The notes under the pieces: model-generated
What the model was told of the DNA's origin: nothing
Databases searched by the model: none
The model's input: only the letters and a program-made list of their open reading frames with translations
Program-made: the position numbers and the translations under genes
Assembly (NCBI GenBank): GCA_900617105.1
Contig: UYFQ01000244.1
Location: 1-56,890 of the forward strand
DNA from: Hydrurus foetidus
Lineage: Eukaryota
Direction of reading: 5' to 3'
DNA: 56,890 nucleotides
Shown: in pieces, positions 38,561-51,012 of the stretch
Layout of the letters: each line of letters opens with the position of its first letter
How positions within the stretch are numbered: the first letter of the stretch is position 1

Positions 38561-41500
38561 TCACACATCGTACATGTCAGTTTGCAGCTCAACTAGATCA
38601 CGATAGTCACTGTCTACTGTGGCTTTGTCGGGGTGTATGAGCAACGCATACCCTGCAGTGGTGTGTAAATCAATCGTTTTCTCGACCATTTCACCTACAC
38701 TGTCACAATTGTATTTTCCCGCCCAGCGAAACAGTGAAGAGAAACCCAATGCGTCGTTTCCGTCTTCACCGATTTCCTCTCGTGTTGGAGGATCCACCCT
38801 GTCCAGGTGTCTGGGGGGCACTTTTAGAATCCCTTCTACTGCAGAGACGAGATGCATCACTCGCCCAGCACACCGAGTCTGACAGAGAGAAGAGAGAAGA
38901 TAGAGAAGAGAGTAGCTGTGAGAAGTATGAAGTGAGATGATATGAGGGAAGTCAGTGCAGTATCAAGCGCTGCTGCACTGATTGATTTGTATGCTCGAGA
39001 ATATGTGACTGGCCGTCAATCAGACCAGACAAAAGAAACCACTGTACACTAGCGAGAAAAAAGAATAGCGAAAGAAAAAAATGACCTCTCACAATACAAG
39101 GGGGAGTTTGAGGGTCATGACGAAAAGAGGAAAGTGCGTGTAACTGTATCATCATCCTCCCGCACGGAACAAAAAATGCTGACGTGGATTGAAACCCACA
39201 ACACTGACTTCATGCATGAGCGTGTTGAATAGTGAGGTGATTTTTTTCTGTGATGAACAGTCTTCCAATGACAGTCAGGGGGAGTGAGAAGCAAGAAGAT
39301 TTGGACAAGATTCGACTAAAGGGACAAAGGCAAGGAGAAGAGGAGGAGGGCGAAAGGATAACGTGGCATCTATTTAACGTACCCGCCTATACGGAGTGTC
39401 CGGTGCTGAGAGCCATCTTTCGTATGCCGCTGATCGCTTCTTCTTGAAGGGCAAGGAGTGCACTTGATTTTCATCCGATGCAACCGGAGGTGGGCTGGAA
39501 GAAGAGGATGATGAAGAGGGAGATGGAGTTCCTTTCTTCTGCACTTCCTCCTCCTTGGCTGCACGTATGTCTTCTCCAACTCTCCCTCTTTCTCCTTCCC
39601 CTCCTCCCTCCCTTTTCCTTTCCCTTTCTTCATCTCTTTCTATTTCTTCGTCTTCTCTGCAGCAGCTGCTGAGCATGGCGTCCATGGTGAGCTGCACTGC
39701 ATCGAAGCCGTACGCCATCTCGGACATCTTCGTCACGTCTTGTCCGTGCCTTGAACACAGTACAGCATAGTATAGCACAACATGTGTCATGTCATGTCAT
39801 GTCATGTCATGAATGTTACAGCACGACGCAGCATGAATGTCAGATCATGTCAAGACAAGTACTTTCATATGTATCATGCCTCTTAGTGTCACTCCTTTGA
39901 TTTTATTTCATCTCACATCATCTTTCATGTCATAAATTCAGAGCATACTCCTCTACTCTATACACTACACTACACTACACTACACTACAATTCGCTACTC
40001 CATTCAATGAGCGCGATTGGGATATACGCACATAGCGTGTGAAGTTAAGTTGAGTCACGTCAAAGCAAGTCATGGACACTAACTACGCAGCACAGTACAA
40101 TACAGCTCATCACATCGTGCATGCACGTACACCCGCAGATGTACATGAATGTATGCATCCGTTTAATGACACCTCCATCCACACACATTTGTACAGACAC
40201 TTTACTCGCATGTACGTATCTAAGTACGCTCACACTCATCCGCACCTCATCTACACACACACTTTCACACTCTACTTCACACCAGCTCACCATCTCCCCA
40301 CATTGGCTTCCACTAGCACAGGTTGTCCGTCCGCCTCCCGCACCATAATTTCTAAGCGGCGATGTACAGCGTAGCATAGCATAGCATGGTCAGATCAATG
40401 GATGGATAGGATAGAGTGGGTAGGGATTGGATGAGGTGAGATGAGACCTATGAGGGTTATTGCACGTGTCACTAAGACGGAAGGATAAGTAATGGAGTCA
40501 CTTCAAGACTCGCTGAGTGACAGATGACATCACATCCATCGCGTAAAATGTACAAAAAGTTGATCATGGACAATCGAAAGATGAATGACATAGAGAATCG
40601 CATGTATGTGCGATTTGTGATCCAGGTCGCGGTTAGATTGGAAGTTCTAAAGTGAAACGAACAGAGCATGGTCTCTAAAAAATCAGTAACAAAAAGAAGT
40701 AAAAAGAAAAGACAGAAGCAGATGGAGATAAAAATAAAAGTAGCGACACAGATTTAATTGGGACATCAGAACGGAGCATCACTGTTGAAGCTGAAGTTGC
40801 TGATGAGATATCTACCTAGATGGGTCGGCCCCCACTTGACGTCCAATGCATCCAATACCCTTTTAGCGTAAGCGTAAACGGATTGCATTTTATCGGCGTT
40901 TTTGCTGTTTCTGTTGATGTTGTTTTCCCTCTCCTCGTCACTTACTAACTCTGTGCAGAAGTACACGAAGGGTGCATCATTTAAAATCCGTTTGTCATAC
41001 TTCCAGCTCGCCACTGCAAAAATCACGGAAATTTAAAAACCGAAAAATTGAAATCGTTTTTGGAGTGACTGAGGGAGCGAGTCAGGGAGAGGTTGAATTG
41101 CATCTACATTTCGTCATGCAGAGAGACCGAATCGAATGTGGTGCGATAGATGGATTGATAGATAGATTAGATAGATAGATAGATAGATTAGATAGATAGA
41201 TATCGACTACTTAATCTGATGCAATTGACGGCATTTACCTATTTTATGTTCCCCGCTTCTAGACACCGTGTCGATGGCGAATTCCTCGCCTGAAATTAAT
41301 GACAATAATCGTATGACAGCGAAGACAGAGGGGAGGAAGAGGAAGCGGAAGAAAAGCAGAGTGAGAACGAAATAAAATTGGTACGTGCACAGCATTGACT
41401 GCATGATGTAGAAGGGCACGTGCCGATGTAGTAGCGTATCAACACAAAACTTTTAACAGACCCCTACACCTTACCATGCAGAGTTTCTTGCACCAGCACT

Positions 41501-44042
41501 GCATCGCTCACAGTTCCATTCGCGAACCCAGGAAAGCCTAGGTAGCACAGTGATACCACACATGCCAGTGGGTAGAGAGAAGGAAGAGAGGAGGAGAGAG
41601 GAGAGGAGTGACAAGATGAGTGGAAGAGACCGTGATGTGTTGTTAAGAAAGTGCAGTGGGAACCGAGGAAAGAGACTTGAAGATAAAACGCAGAGCGACT
41701 GAAGAGCTGATAATCCAAGTACTGCCCGGCTGTAAATTGACACCAACAATCATCGGTGCAGAGCAATCATCGAAGTGTGGATTCGACGCGTCAAATGCTT
41801 CAAGTAAGACTTCGAAGAGTTGAGAACAATCTGACGAATGAACAAGATGAAATCCAGATCCAAAATCTACACATAACAATACGCACAATCCTCAGTACTA
41901 TACACACACGCACCAAGCAGCTGGCGGAACATTCTCTCTGCTTCTTCCAAGGAACTTGCTTTAGTGACTCCGAATGACGCTGAGCCACGACACGGCTTTA
42001 TAACACACGAAAACCCCTCTATTTCGTTGTTCGCTGTTTCTGTATTATCTTCACAGCCGTGTAAAGCTAGTAGAAATGTCTTCGCCACTGCCCAGTCATC
42101 TGCATCACAGAAATAAAAATCAGTGAGTGAGTAGTGAGTCAGTCAGTGAGTGAGTCAGTGAGTGAGTGAGTGAGTCAGTCATACATGCAATCACATAGAC
42201 AGGCAGACAGGTAGACAGGCGCAGTACCAGTAAGTATTTGGTTGACCACGCTCAGTCCTTCTTGTCTCATGAGGTCCTGCTGCATGAACTTGTCTCTCCG
42301 CCCCTCGCACCTGTTGTTCGTGGTCGCCAGTCCGAGGGCGCTGTACGGTGTTGTGTGGTGCAGCACGGTACGGTACGGTGCGTGAATCATTTGTTGTGCG
42401 GTGTTGTGTGATGTTGATGACCTACTGTCACAGAAAAACAAAACACTACACCTTACTGCGCTGTACCGTGCCATTTACTGCTACATTTTACAGTTGCATT
42501 GCGTGCATATGCCTTTTGCTAAGACACTATGATGAGATGTAATGTGACATCATACCATAGTGCACAGTATCATTTCATATCATACCATATCAAGTCGTAT
42601 CACATGGAAGCAACACCATAGAATGGAATAGAATAGAATAGAATAAAACATAGTGACGCTGAATCACCTTGAGAACTCTTCAGCTGTCTTGAGTCCAATG
42701 TCTGACTCACACAGCACGCCTAGCACGTCTCTGTAGTCCTCTATTCCGTGCTCCTTCAGCCAGTTAGTGGCGATCTCTTTGGGGGTGAACTCTTTGGATC
42801 GAGCTGAGATAGCAAGAGAAGAAAGAATAGGGAGAAAAGAAGGGAGAGAGGAATGAATGAATAAATGAATGAAGGAAGTTATGGATGATACGGTATATCT
42901 GTTGATATTCTATATCTGATGGGATCAAGCGACAGTTTCTAGTTCTATCATACTGATGAATAATTCAAGGCACATAGAGGTACAAAATCAATGGACGTCA
43001 CCCAATCAGCAAAGACAAGGAGTCAGTCCGTCAGTTAGTAAGTTAGTCAGTCAATGGGTAAGTTAGAGAGGTAGGAAGTGCATTTATCAATTAGTGAGTC
43101 TGCCAGTAATCGCATCTGGTAGCATTAGTTAGTCAGTCAGTTTATCTACCCAGCCACGTACAGTACAGTACAGTACGGTGCATACCTAGCCGAGGGGCGG
43201 CATCATTCTCTATGTCCTTAACTTTCATTTCGACGCCATCGATAATGACGGAGCTGACGTCATCTGCAACATTAGTTGAGAGAAAGATCACTGATGGGTA
43301 TGGTTGTCGCGTCATATATGCACACATTGACAACCATTCAATACAAATCACCGACGACAGACATACCTCCCTCTTCAGTATCACTATCTTTTTCAGCGAG
43401 CAGCAGTTGGGCGACTTTTGGACACCACATTGCGACAAATTTCACACCTGTTTTTGTCCAAGAAGTCGCCAACGAGATCAGTGTTCTTTGTTCTTGCATT
43501 CAACAACATGTCCACAGATGATGTCGCAGAGCAGAGACATCGTATCCCATGACAGATAAGGATGATTACAAAATGACACCAGAAAATTGCTAAGGGGAAG
43601 AAATGTTTTCCGTGACATTGCTCTTCGTACCTAATTCTTCGCATTTTTCTTTTGCGACAGTCGCAGCTCCGAAATCATCGAGTGGGTCAACATAAATAAA
43701 GTATTTGACTCTTTCAGTCATTTTCGCTGCAGAATTGATGGTAGGCACGGAAGTTTGTAATAGCACATCATCACTGTTTTGCGGTATGATATCTGTGGAA
43801 TCTGTGGGGACACGTCCGTCAGACTTTCCGCTATCAAGCTGATCTGACGAGGCAGCAGATAGCGCCATGGATGGAGTTTTAAATCTGGTCTGCATCGATC
43901 TAAAAGATGAAGATACTGCACTGAATAGTCTGCTCCTTCTGCCCACAACTGCCTTCGTCGCACGTAAAGGTGCTGAAAAAGCCTCGGCAGCTATGTGCGT
44001 CAGGAAAGCATGAAAGCTGAACACAAGACTTTGAATCTTCAT
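38561..44042 (-). CDS. Multi-exon ATP-grasp ligase (L-amino-acid ligase/carnosine-synthase-like), probably plastid-targeted
   Basis: Exon peptides occur in the expected order: YVDPLD; GVLCESDIGLKTAE; RRDKFMQ; CVIKPCRGSASFGV; VLVQETLHG|EEFAIDTVS; WKYDK; VLDALDVKWGPTHL|EIMV...LVEANVGRW; EKTIDLHTTAGYALLIH. The N-terminus has a hydrophobic stretch followed by AEA-FSAP. Not all exon borders are resolved. Confidence 0.8.
39785..42645. repeat. Cluster of intronic microsatellites: (GTCAT)n ~39786, (ACACT)n ~39960, (GATA)n ~41155, (GTGA)n ~42122, (GAATA)n ~42625
   Basis: Direct reading of the sequence. Confidence 0.9.
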
Positions 44043-44359
44043 TCGCTTATATGAAGTGGATCAAAGCTGTCTGGAATAAAATGCCTCTCTTTCCAATACA
44101 GGCTACAGCAATACACAAATTCTCAAGTTTCGATGATCAGTTGAGAGCTCTTGAAATATCTCATCTGAGGGAATGTTAACCATTTCTCTTCCAGTTTGGC
44201 TTTCAGAATTCGCGACACAACTCTTTGAAGCATCCGAAAAGAGACCTTGGGACTCCTTTCATGCAAAGGTCTGATATTCATCGAGGACTGTGAAGTAGGT
44301 GATGACATCATCGCACTTCTTCAACTTAACTTTGCCATCTAGGTAGGGTAGGGTATATG

Positions 44360-44753
44360 TTATCTTGGAATAAGTCTGCCTTTTGGATCCTGGATCCAGT
44401 CAGAGCACCTGGTTGATAGCAGTGGTTCGTTCAGAACACACTTTGCTTTCAGCTAGTCGACCAAGTCGTTCCAACAGCTCACTCAAGTGTAGGTATAATG
44501 GCTCACAGCCATATAGTCTCTTTTAATTAGAAGTGCTCATCATGTCAAAACAAAGCAGTTCATGGCTAGCTATACTAGCTATAGTTGACTGTTCACAGTC
44601 ATCATCAGTTGCAACTTCCAGTACAGTTCGAGTGATGGTCTTGAGTCTGAAAACGCTACCCTCGCTCCTCCGCTTGGGCTTAGATGATATTACCCCAAAG
44701 GGATTTCCCCCAAGGGGATCGTCCCCGTAGGGATAGCTATGCTATATCCAACA
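44360..44753 (-). repeat. Copia 3' LTR (394 bp shared with the 5' copy; 44358 if the outer TG belongs to it)
   Basis: No differences seen by eye versus 55533-55926. Confidence 0.95.
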
Positions 44754-44761
44754 CACCCCTA
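44754..44761 (-). other. Copia polypurine tract
   Basis: Minus strand tagggg-tg lies directly before the 3' LTR start TGTTGGA. Confidence 0.6.
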
Positions 44762-45275
44762 ATGTCATAAGCATTCAGGCGGTACATTTGTATTTCCTCG
44801 TGAAAATGTAACACAAATCATGTTTGTATCTATCGTAAGCTATAGTGATCAGACAAGTTTTGTTGCTAATAAAAATTTGAAAAAATAGCTCAACTGTAAG
44901 TCAATAATGTGAAGTACTTAATTTCCTAAAATTTTCTTCATCATCTTGGAAAAAACTGTTCCTTGCAATGGTTTTGTGAAGTAATCAGACGTCATATCCT
45001 CGGTTGGAACGTAGACAATGTTTACAGCACCGATGCGGATGTAGTCTGATATCCAGAATTTTCGCACCTCAATGAACCGGGTGGTTTCTGCGGTAGACCG
45101 ACCTTTTGTAAGCAGCGTGATGCATGATTGATTGTCTTGTTCCAGCCGCACTGGAATCTTGCCGTGTCCTTGGTAAGCAATAAATCCTGCAAGTCAGAGC
45201 GGAATCTTCATGCCGTCAGATACTGCAATGATCTCAGACTCTGTACTTGACTTGGAATTTAGCTTCTGGACCTTG

Positions 45276-45539
45276 TATGGTCGTTGGTGACCAAAGGACG
45301 GTGGACGAGGACGATGGACGAGGACGGAGGCGAAAAACGAAGATGGGGGAGGTGGAAGAGTATTCTTATAGTTTACAGCGAGAAACAAGCAGTAGTATCT
45401 ACAGTGATGTGTACTCGCGTGGAAACGAAAAGAAAAGAAAACTGTACCGGACTTTGGGTCCGTTCTAGAATCTACAGTACAGGTATAGTATACAGTCACA
45501 GTGTATCCGTACATGCAGTACAGATACAGTGAGGCTACA
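45276..45539 (-). repeat. Gypsy 3' LTR
   Basis: Matches 50749-51012 except for two 7-bp indels and a disturbed outer end. Confidence 0.9.
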
Positions 45540-45565
45540 CTACCCCTTCTTCCCTTTTCTTTTCC
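45540..45565 (-). other. Gypsy polypurine tract
   Basis: Minus strand ggaaaagaaaagggaagaaggggtag abuts the LTR start TGTAGCC. Confidence 0.85.
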
Positions 45566-45747
45566 AATGAACTCTACTAATATTTGTATGAGAGTGGGAA
45601 AGAAAGACGAAACAAAACACATTTTGAAAAAAAATGAGAAACTTCGAAAACGATGATGTCAGACTCTTACTGACTAAATTCCTCCAAAAAAAGAATATAA
45701 AAAAATAGGAGGTAAATTCTTCATGAATAACGTTTCGAGTGAAGAAA

Positions 45748-48700
45748 TCAACGGTGTTGTTTATTGATTAGTTTTGTCAAATTATTTTGACGCAAGTAAT
45801 CATGAAGTTTATCAACATCACGAAGATTGGAGTAAGGCTCCCAAGTGTTTTTATCAGAAGGGTAATTTAACCATTTGACTAAAAACTCAATCTTGGAGCG
45901 TTGATGAGGTCCACGGTGATCAACGATGTCTTCTACGAAGTATTCCATATGGTCACGACGCGCGACATCAACAGGATTTGTAATCGCTGGATCATACAGA
46001 AACGGTTTCATGGCAGATACATGATATACCGCTGTTTTTTGTGTGATCAAATCGTATAGAGTGTAACGAGAATTTTCGCCACTGACGACTTTTAATGGAC
46101 CTCTCCAATGCGTATGAAGACGTGTTGGAGGTGATCCATCGCGATAATGTACAAGAACATATGAGTCGCGAGGGTACTCAATATGCTGAGAGATCTGAGA
46201 TTGGTTTTGATGAAGTAAATCTGTACGAAGAAGTTCTTTGGCCGAAGCTTTGAGAAGACTATCTTGTATTTTTAATAGATTGCTCATACGTGCCGACAAA
46301 GGTTTGTCATTAATAACAAGTCTCTCAGATGGAGGAAGAAATATTCCTCTGTCTAATTTGAGTATATTGCCGAAAAGCAATTGAGATGCAGAGATTTTTA
46401 AACGATCACTGTGATTAGAATTTAAAATTCGTTGCACAAATGGTAGTGATGTTGAATAATCATCAAGCGTTACGTTATCGTAAGTTAAAGCACGAAGGTG
46501 TCTATTAACTTCTTTATTCATGCGTTCAACAATGGCGTTTTCTTCTTTAGAATAAGCTAAGTTAAACAGTGTTGAGTGCCAATAAGAGTTAGAAACTCTT
46601 TGATAACTTCGGCAATGAAGTGTGGCCCATTATCAGAACGGAGTTGGAGAGGTGCGCCGAAACGACCGAAATGTTGCAAAAGGCATTGAGCTGTCGAAAG
46701 TGCCGAAGCATCTTTAGTATGAAACAGCTCAACCCACCTTGTGAACGTATCGATAATTACGAGTACGTACCCCCGTCTGGAAACGGTCCTACGAAGTCTA
46801 TGTTAAGGCATTCCATAGGTGTGTAAGTAGAAGTCGAAAAGCCGTGAGCATGAATTGGGATCTTTAACATGCTCATCTTTTGACAACACGAACAGTGATC
46901 TATGAACCACCTGACATGCTGTCGTTGAAACTGCCACACCTTGTTGTTGTCTTTGAGACGCTTTAAAGTGCGCTCAAGACCAAAGTGACCAACTTGTGAA
47001 TTGTGTACATTACTTATAGTATTGTATTGTTCACGAGTCAGTTTGAATTTTTCAATAATATTGGCAGACATGATTGTCTCAAGTGAATATTCTTGAGGAT
47101 GGTCAATCATGTTGTTACGACAGAGTCGAGACATCGAATCAGCTATGTCATTGTTAACACCGGAAATGAATTCAATTTTAAATGAGAATTCTGATAAAGC
47201 CATAAGCCAACGAACAATCATTGGATTTGAATGATTTTTAATGTATAACAAGTTACGATGATCGGTGCGTAATGTAAACATCCGATCACGTAATAGCGAT
47301 TTTAAATACGTGCACGCAAAGAAAATAGCATATGCTTCTTTCTGTATAACTGCCCACCTAAGTTGAGCTTTGTTAAGCGATTTACTAACAAATGCTACGG
47401 GCGTCTCTTTTCCGTCAACTAACTGAAAAAGATAAGCACCTACACCGTAATCCGATGCATCAGTGTGCAAGTAAATCGGATCGGTGTCACTTAAAAAGTG
47501 CATTGTCGTGCATTTTGCAGTTTGAGATTTAATTAACTCAAATGCTGAGTCAGCTTCTGGTGTCCAAACTATTTTTTTTAGATTTATTATAATCAACAAG
47601 CAACTGGTGTAACGGATATAGTACAGTTGAAGCATTTTTGATAAAATCGTGAAAATAGTTTACCAAACCTAAAAAACTTTTAAGTTGTTTAGATATATCT
47701 GGTTTGGGAAAATCTAAAACTTGCCGTATTTTTTCTTGTGACATTTTTAGTCCTTCAGCAGAAAGGACTTTGCCAACATAATCAATTTCGGAATAGCCAA
47801 GATAACATTTATTTGGTTTAAGAAATATTTTATGTTGTCGAAAGCGTTGAAAAACAAGACGGAGTCTAAAAACTAATTCGTCAGTGTCTTTGCCGAAAAC
47901 ATTGCAATCATCAATGTACATTTCGCATATAGTGTAAATCAAACCAGCTAATACAACAGTTGCCATGGTCTGTTGAAAGTAAGAAGGAGCTCGTTTAGGC
48001 CCAAAGGGCAGACGAGTGAATTGATACACGCCACAGAAAAGTATGAATGCAGTGTATGCGCGTGCTGCCAGTGTAAGCGGTGCTTGATGATATCCTTGAG
48101 TGAGATCAAGTGTAGCGAATACTTTTGCTTTATGAGCACCAATTCGACGTAACATTTCATTTATGTTAGGAATGGGCCATGATGCATCTTCGGTACAATC
48201 ATTAAGATTTCGATAATCTATACACATGCGTTTGGTTCCGTCAGACTTTGGAACCATAAGCACTTGGCTGTAATAAGCCGCATTTGATTTCTCGATAATC
48301 CCTTGCTCTTCAAGTTTCGCGAGTTGACGTATAATGTCAGCTTGATTTGCAGTGGATTGTGGTCGAGGAGGTGTTCTATTACGGGAGACTTTCCATTTTA
48401 CGTCATCCACGTTAAGTTCAAACGGTGGGATATCAGCAGGGCTAGCCGGAAGCTCACTGCTAAATATATCCCTAAATTCGTTACATAGTAAACGGAGTTT
48501 ATTTTTCTGATCTTCATCACCTGCTATGTGTATTAGCGAGAGTGAATCTGTATCAAGAAATTCATTAATCCATGGTGAAAAGGAGTCATTTAATGAATCA
48601 TCAATTTCATCTTCATCAGGCGGCACAACTCCAAATAGTTGTTCCGACTCTTGAATTAACGAAGCTAGTATGACATGTGTTTGGGTGACTGCCGGATCTT

Positions 48701-50674
48701 TCATTTGGGTTAATGAAAGATCTTTTGGGGTTCCTTTAGAGGTTTGCAAAGTCTCTTCGGGCTGACAGCCACATGTTATGACCACATCTTCAGAAGTCGA
48801 GACTCCCTTTATTGGGGTTGGTCGCGATGAAGTGCTTGATTTTATTTGATCTGGGAAAATCGAGAATAGATCTAAATCTCGTATAATTTTTCTTCCCACT
48901 ATTAGATCAATTTGTGTTTGTTCTAAAACATAAGCCGTGATTTGGAAAGAAGAATAATTATTTAAATCAGGGCAAAAATAAGAAAGTTTTAAGTCGATGG
49001 TTTCAGAAATTTCATAGCAATGATTATCTAAACCACTACAAACTTTACACGCTGTCTTAGAAGATTTAGAAACATGTTGTGTTAAGTTAAGATTATTTAT
49101 AACACGCCTAGCTATAAAATTGCTGGCGATCGATCCCGTATCCAATAGAGTGAAGACTCTATTTTTCTCTTCCAGCGAAGTTTGCTGAGAAATATGAGAA
49201 ATAAAGAAGGGGATTAGATGTTTATCCGATGAAACGGAAGGGTTGTCAATTGACGACATATTAAGGTTGTAAACGTAGTCACCTTTTTGTTTCTTCGCGA
49301 CACGAGTAGTGTCTGCTGACGAGGCAGCGGTCTTAGAAGACGCAGAAGAAGAGGAGGAAGCGGAAGAAGAAGATGTTCCGTACGCGTTTGGAATGAACGT
49401 CGCTTTGGGATCGATCTTCAAAAGATCTTTGCCTCCTTCCGACTGAAGGAAAGGTTTCTCGGTACTGTTAAAGTACGGAGAAGAGCCGAATCGACAAGTG
49501 GCTACTAGGTGGCCAAGTCTCCCACAGCCGGTACAGTGGGGTTTGTTAGATTGCTCAGGTTTCTCGTCCTCTCGTTGCCGTTTTTTAATTCGTGGCTCTT
49601 GAGGAGGACGGTTAGAGTTTTTGATCTGGCGAGAATGATCGCCGTAAGTCGGGTGAACGTCTACAAACCGTGAAGCATCAATTGCTTCTCGTAGCTTTCT
49701 TAGTTGCGCACGCCACACGAATCGAAAATCATCGACCGTGCTAAGACGTGGCGTTCTATCGAGAGTGCGGTACAAAACTGACCTCCAATTAATGGGTTCA
49801 GCTGGCAACTTATCAATAAGAATTTTAGTTGCTGTTAACTGCATGGCAGCTGACACCTCAGGGAATGCATCGACAATATCAGCTAAAAGCTGGTCTGTCT
49901 TTTCTTCCACTGATGGGTTCTTCAGGTCAAATTGAATTTGAACCTGAGTAATGGATTCAATGAATCCTAGTTTATCCGTTCTGGACGTAGCAGTTGCAGG
50001 AATTGCCAAATTCAATTCTCTACAAAAATTCTGATTAGTCCAGTTTCTCCAGTTGTTACAACTGTCTCGACGATCAGGGTCGGTTGCAAATCGAAGTTGC
50101 AAAAGGGTTTTAAAAGATTGGAAGTTGCTGTGATGAACGACATCAACTGGCCGAAACGGCGTTCCATTCGAGAGGAGAACCTCTGAAACTCTTTGAACTT
50201 CTTGCCAAGACGGCTTGGCGCTCAACTTAGGAGCTTTCTCACCAACTTGCACGTACTGAGTTGGTGGTGCCAAAGCACGTTGATTAGCAGATCTATCGAC
50301 CGAAGTCGACGTGATCTCAGCCGAAGCTGGTGTCGCAGCCGAAGCTGGTATCGCAGCCGAAGCTGGTGAAAGCGATAAAGCAGACAACGCAGAAATGACA
50401 GGCACATCAATAGCAGACACGACCGCAGGCCCCGACGTCGGCTGAGACGCCGGCGCAGACAGGTCTCCGGCGGGGTCCTGAATCGCAGGTGATCCAGGAG
50501 ACTCTATGTCTTGGACGTTGCGCTGCGTATGCTTAAGATACGCCTTCCGTGCTGCGACGGCGACAGCGCGCGGCTGAGCTCGTCTTAAGATGGCGCTGGT
50601 GTTGTCGGTGGTGTTGGTGGTTGTTGGTTGGTGGCCTTAGCCGAGGCTTTGGCACGGATACGGCGAATAGCCAT
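45748..50674 (-). pseudogene. Gypsy gag-pol with C-terminal chromodomain (several 1-nt frameshifts)
   Basis: CTGCGRLGHLVATC; LLDTGS; RMCIDYRNLN, LDLTQGYHQ, YIDD; HTDASDYGVGA, TDHRNL; HNSQVGH..CSCC, IDFVGP, SDNG, VERMNKEV; WRGPLKV; YFVEDIVDHR..FLVKWLNYPSDKNTWEP. Confidence 0.92.
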
Positions 50675-50748
50675 GCTCTGAAAAATTTCTCGAGAAAAGA
50701 TGGAGGAATAAAGGACAGAATTTTGGTCGTAGAACCAAATATCGATAT

Positions 50749-51012
50749 TATGGTCGTTGGTGACCAAAGGACGGTGGACGAGGACGATGGACGATGGACG
50801 AGGACGGAGGCGAAAAACGAAGATGGGGAGGTGGAAGAGTATTCTTATAGTTTACAGCGAGAAACAAGCAGTAGTATCTACAGTGATGTGTACTCGCGTG
50901 GAAACGAAAAGAAAAGAAAACTGTACCGGACTTTGGGTCCGTTCTAGAATCTACAGTACAGGTATAGTATACAGTCACAGTGTATCCGTACATGCAGTAC
51001 AGGAGGCTGGCA
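50749..51012 (-). repeat. Gypsy 5' LTR
   Basis: Direct repeat of 45276-45539. Confidence 0.88.

Larger units (their letters stand above)
45276..51012 (-). mobile_element. Ty3/Gypsy chromovirus-type LTR retrotransposon nested in the Copia RNase H
   Basis: LTRs at 45276-45539 and 50749-51012; domain order gag-PR-RT-RH-IN-chromodomain; probable 4-bp TSD cttg (right copy reads ctg). Confidence 0.95.

Noticed and set aside
44340..44356. Telomere-like TAGGG repeats beside the Copia insertion
   Set aside because: Only 2-3 units, and pentanucleotide microsatellites are common throughout the window.
44533..44730. Identical 65-aa ORFs at 44533 and 55706
   Set aside because: A by-product of LTR duplication; antisense, non-ATG start, no recognisable domain.
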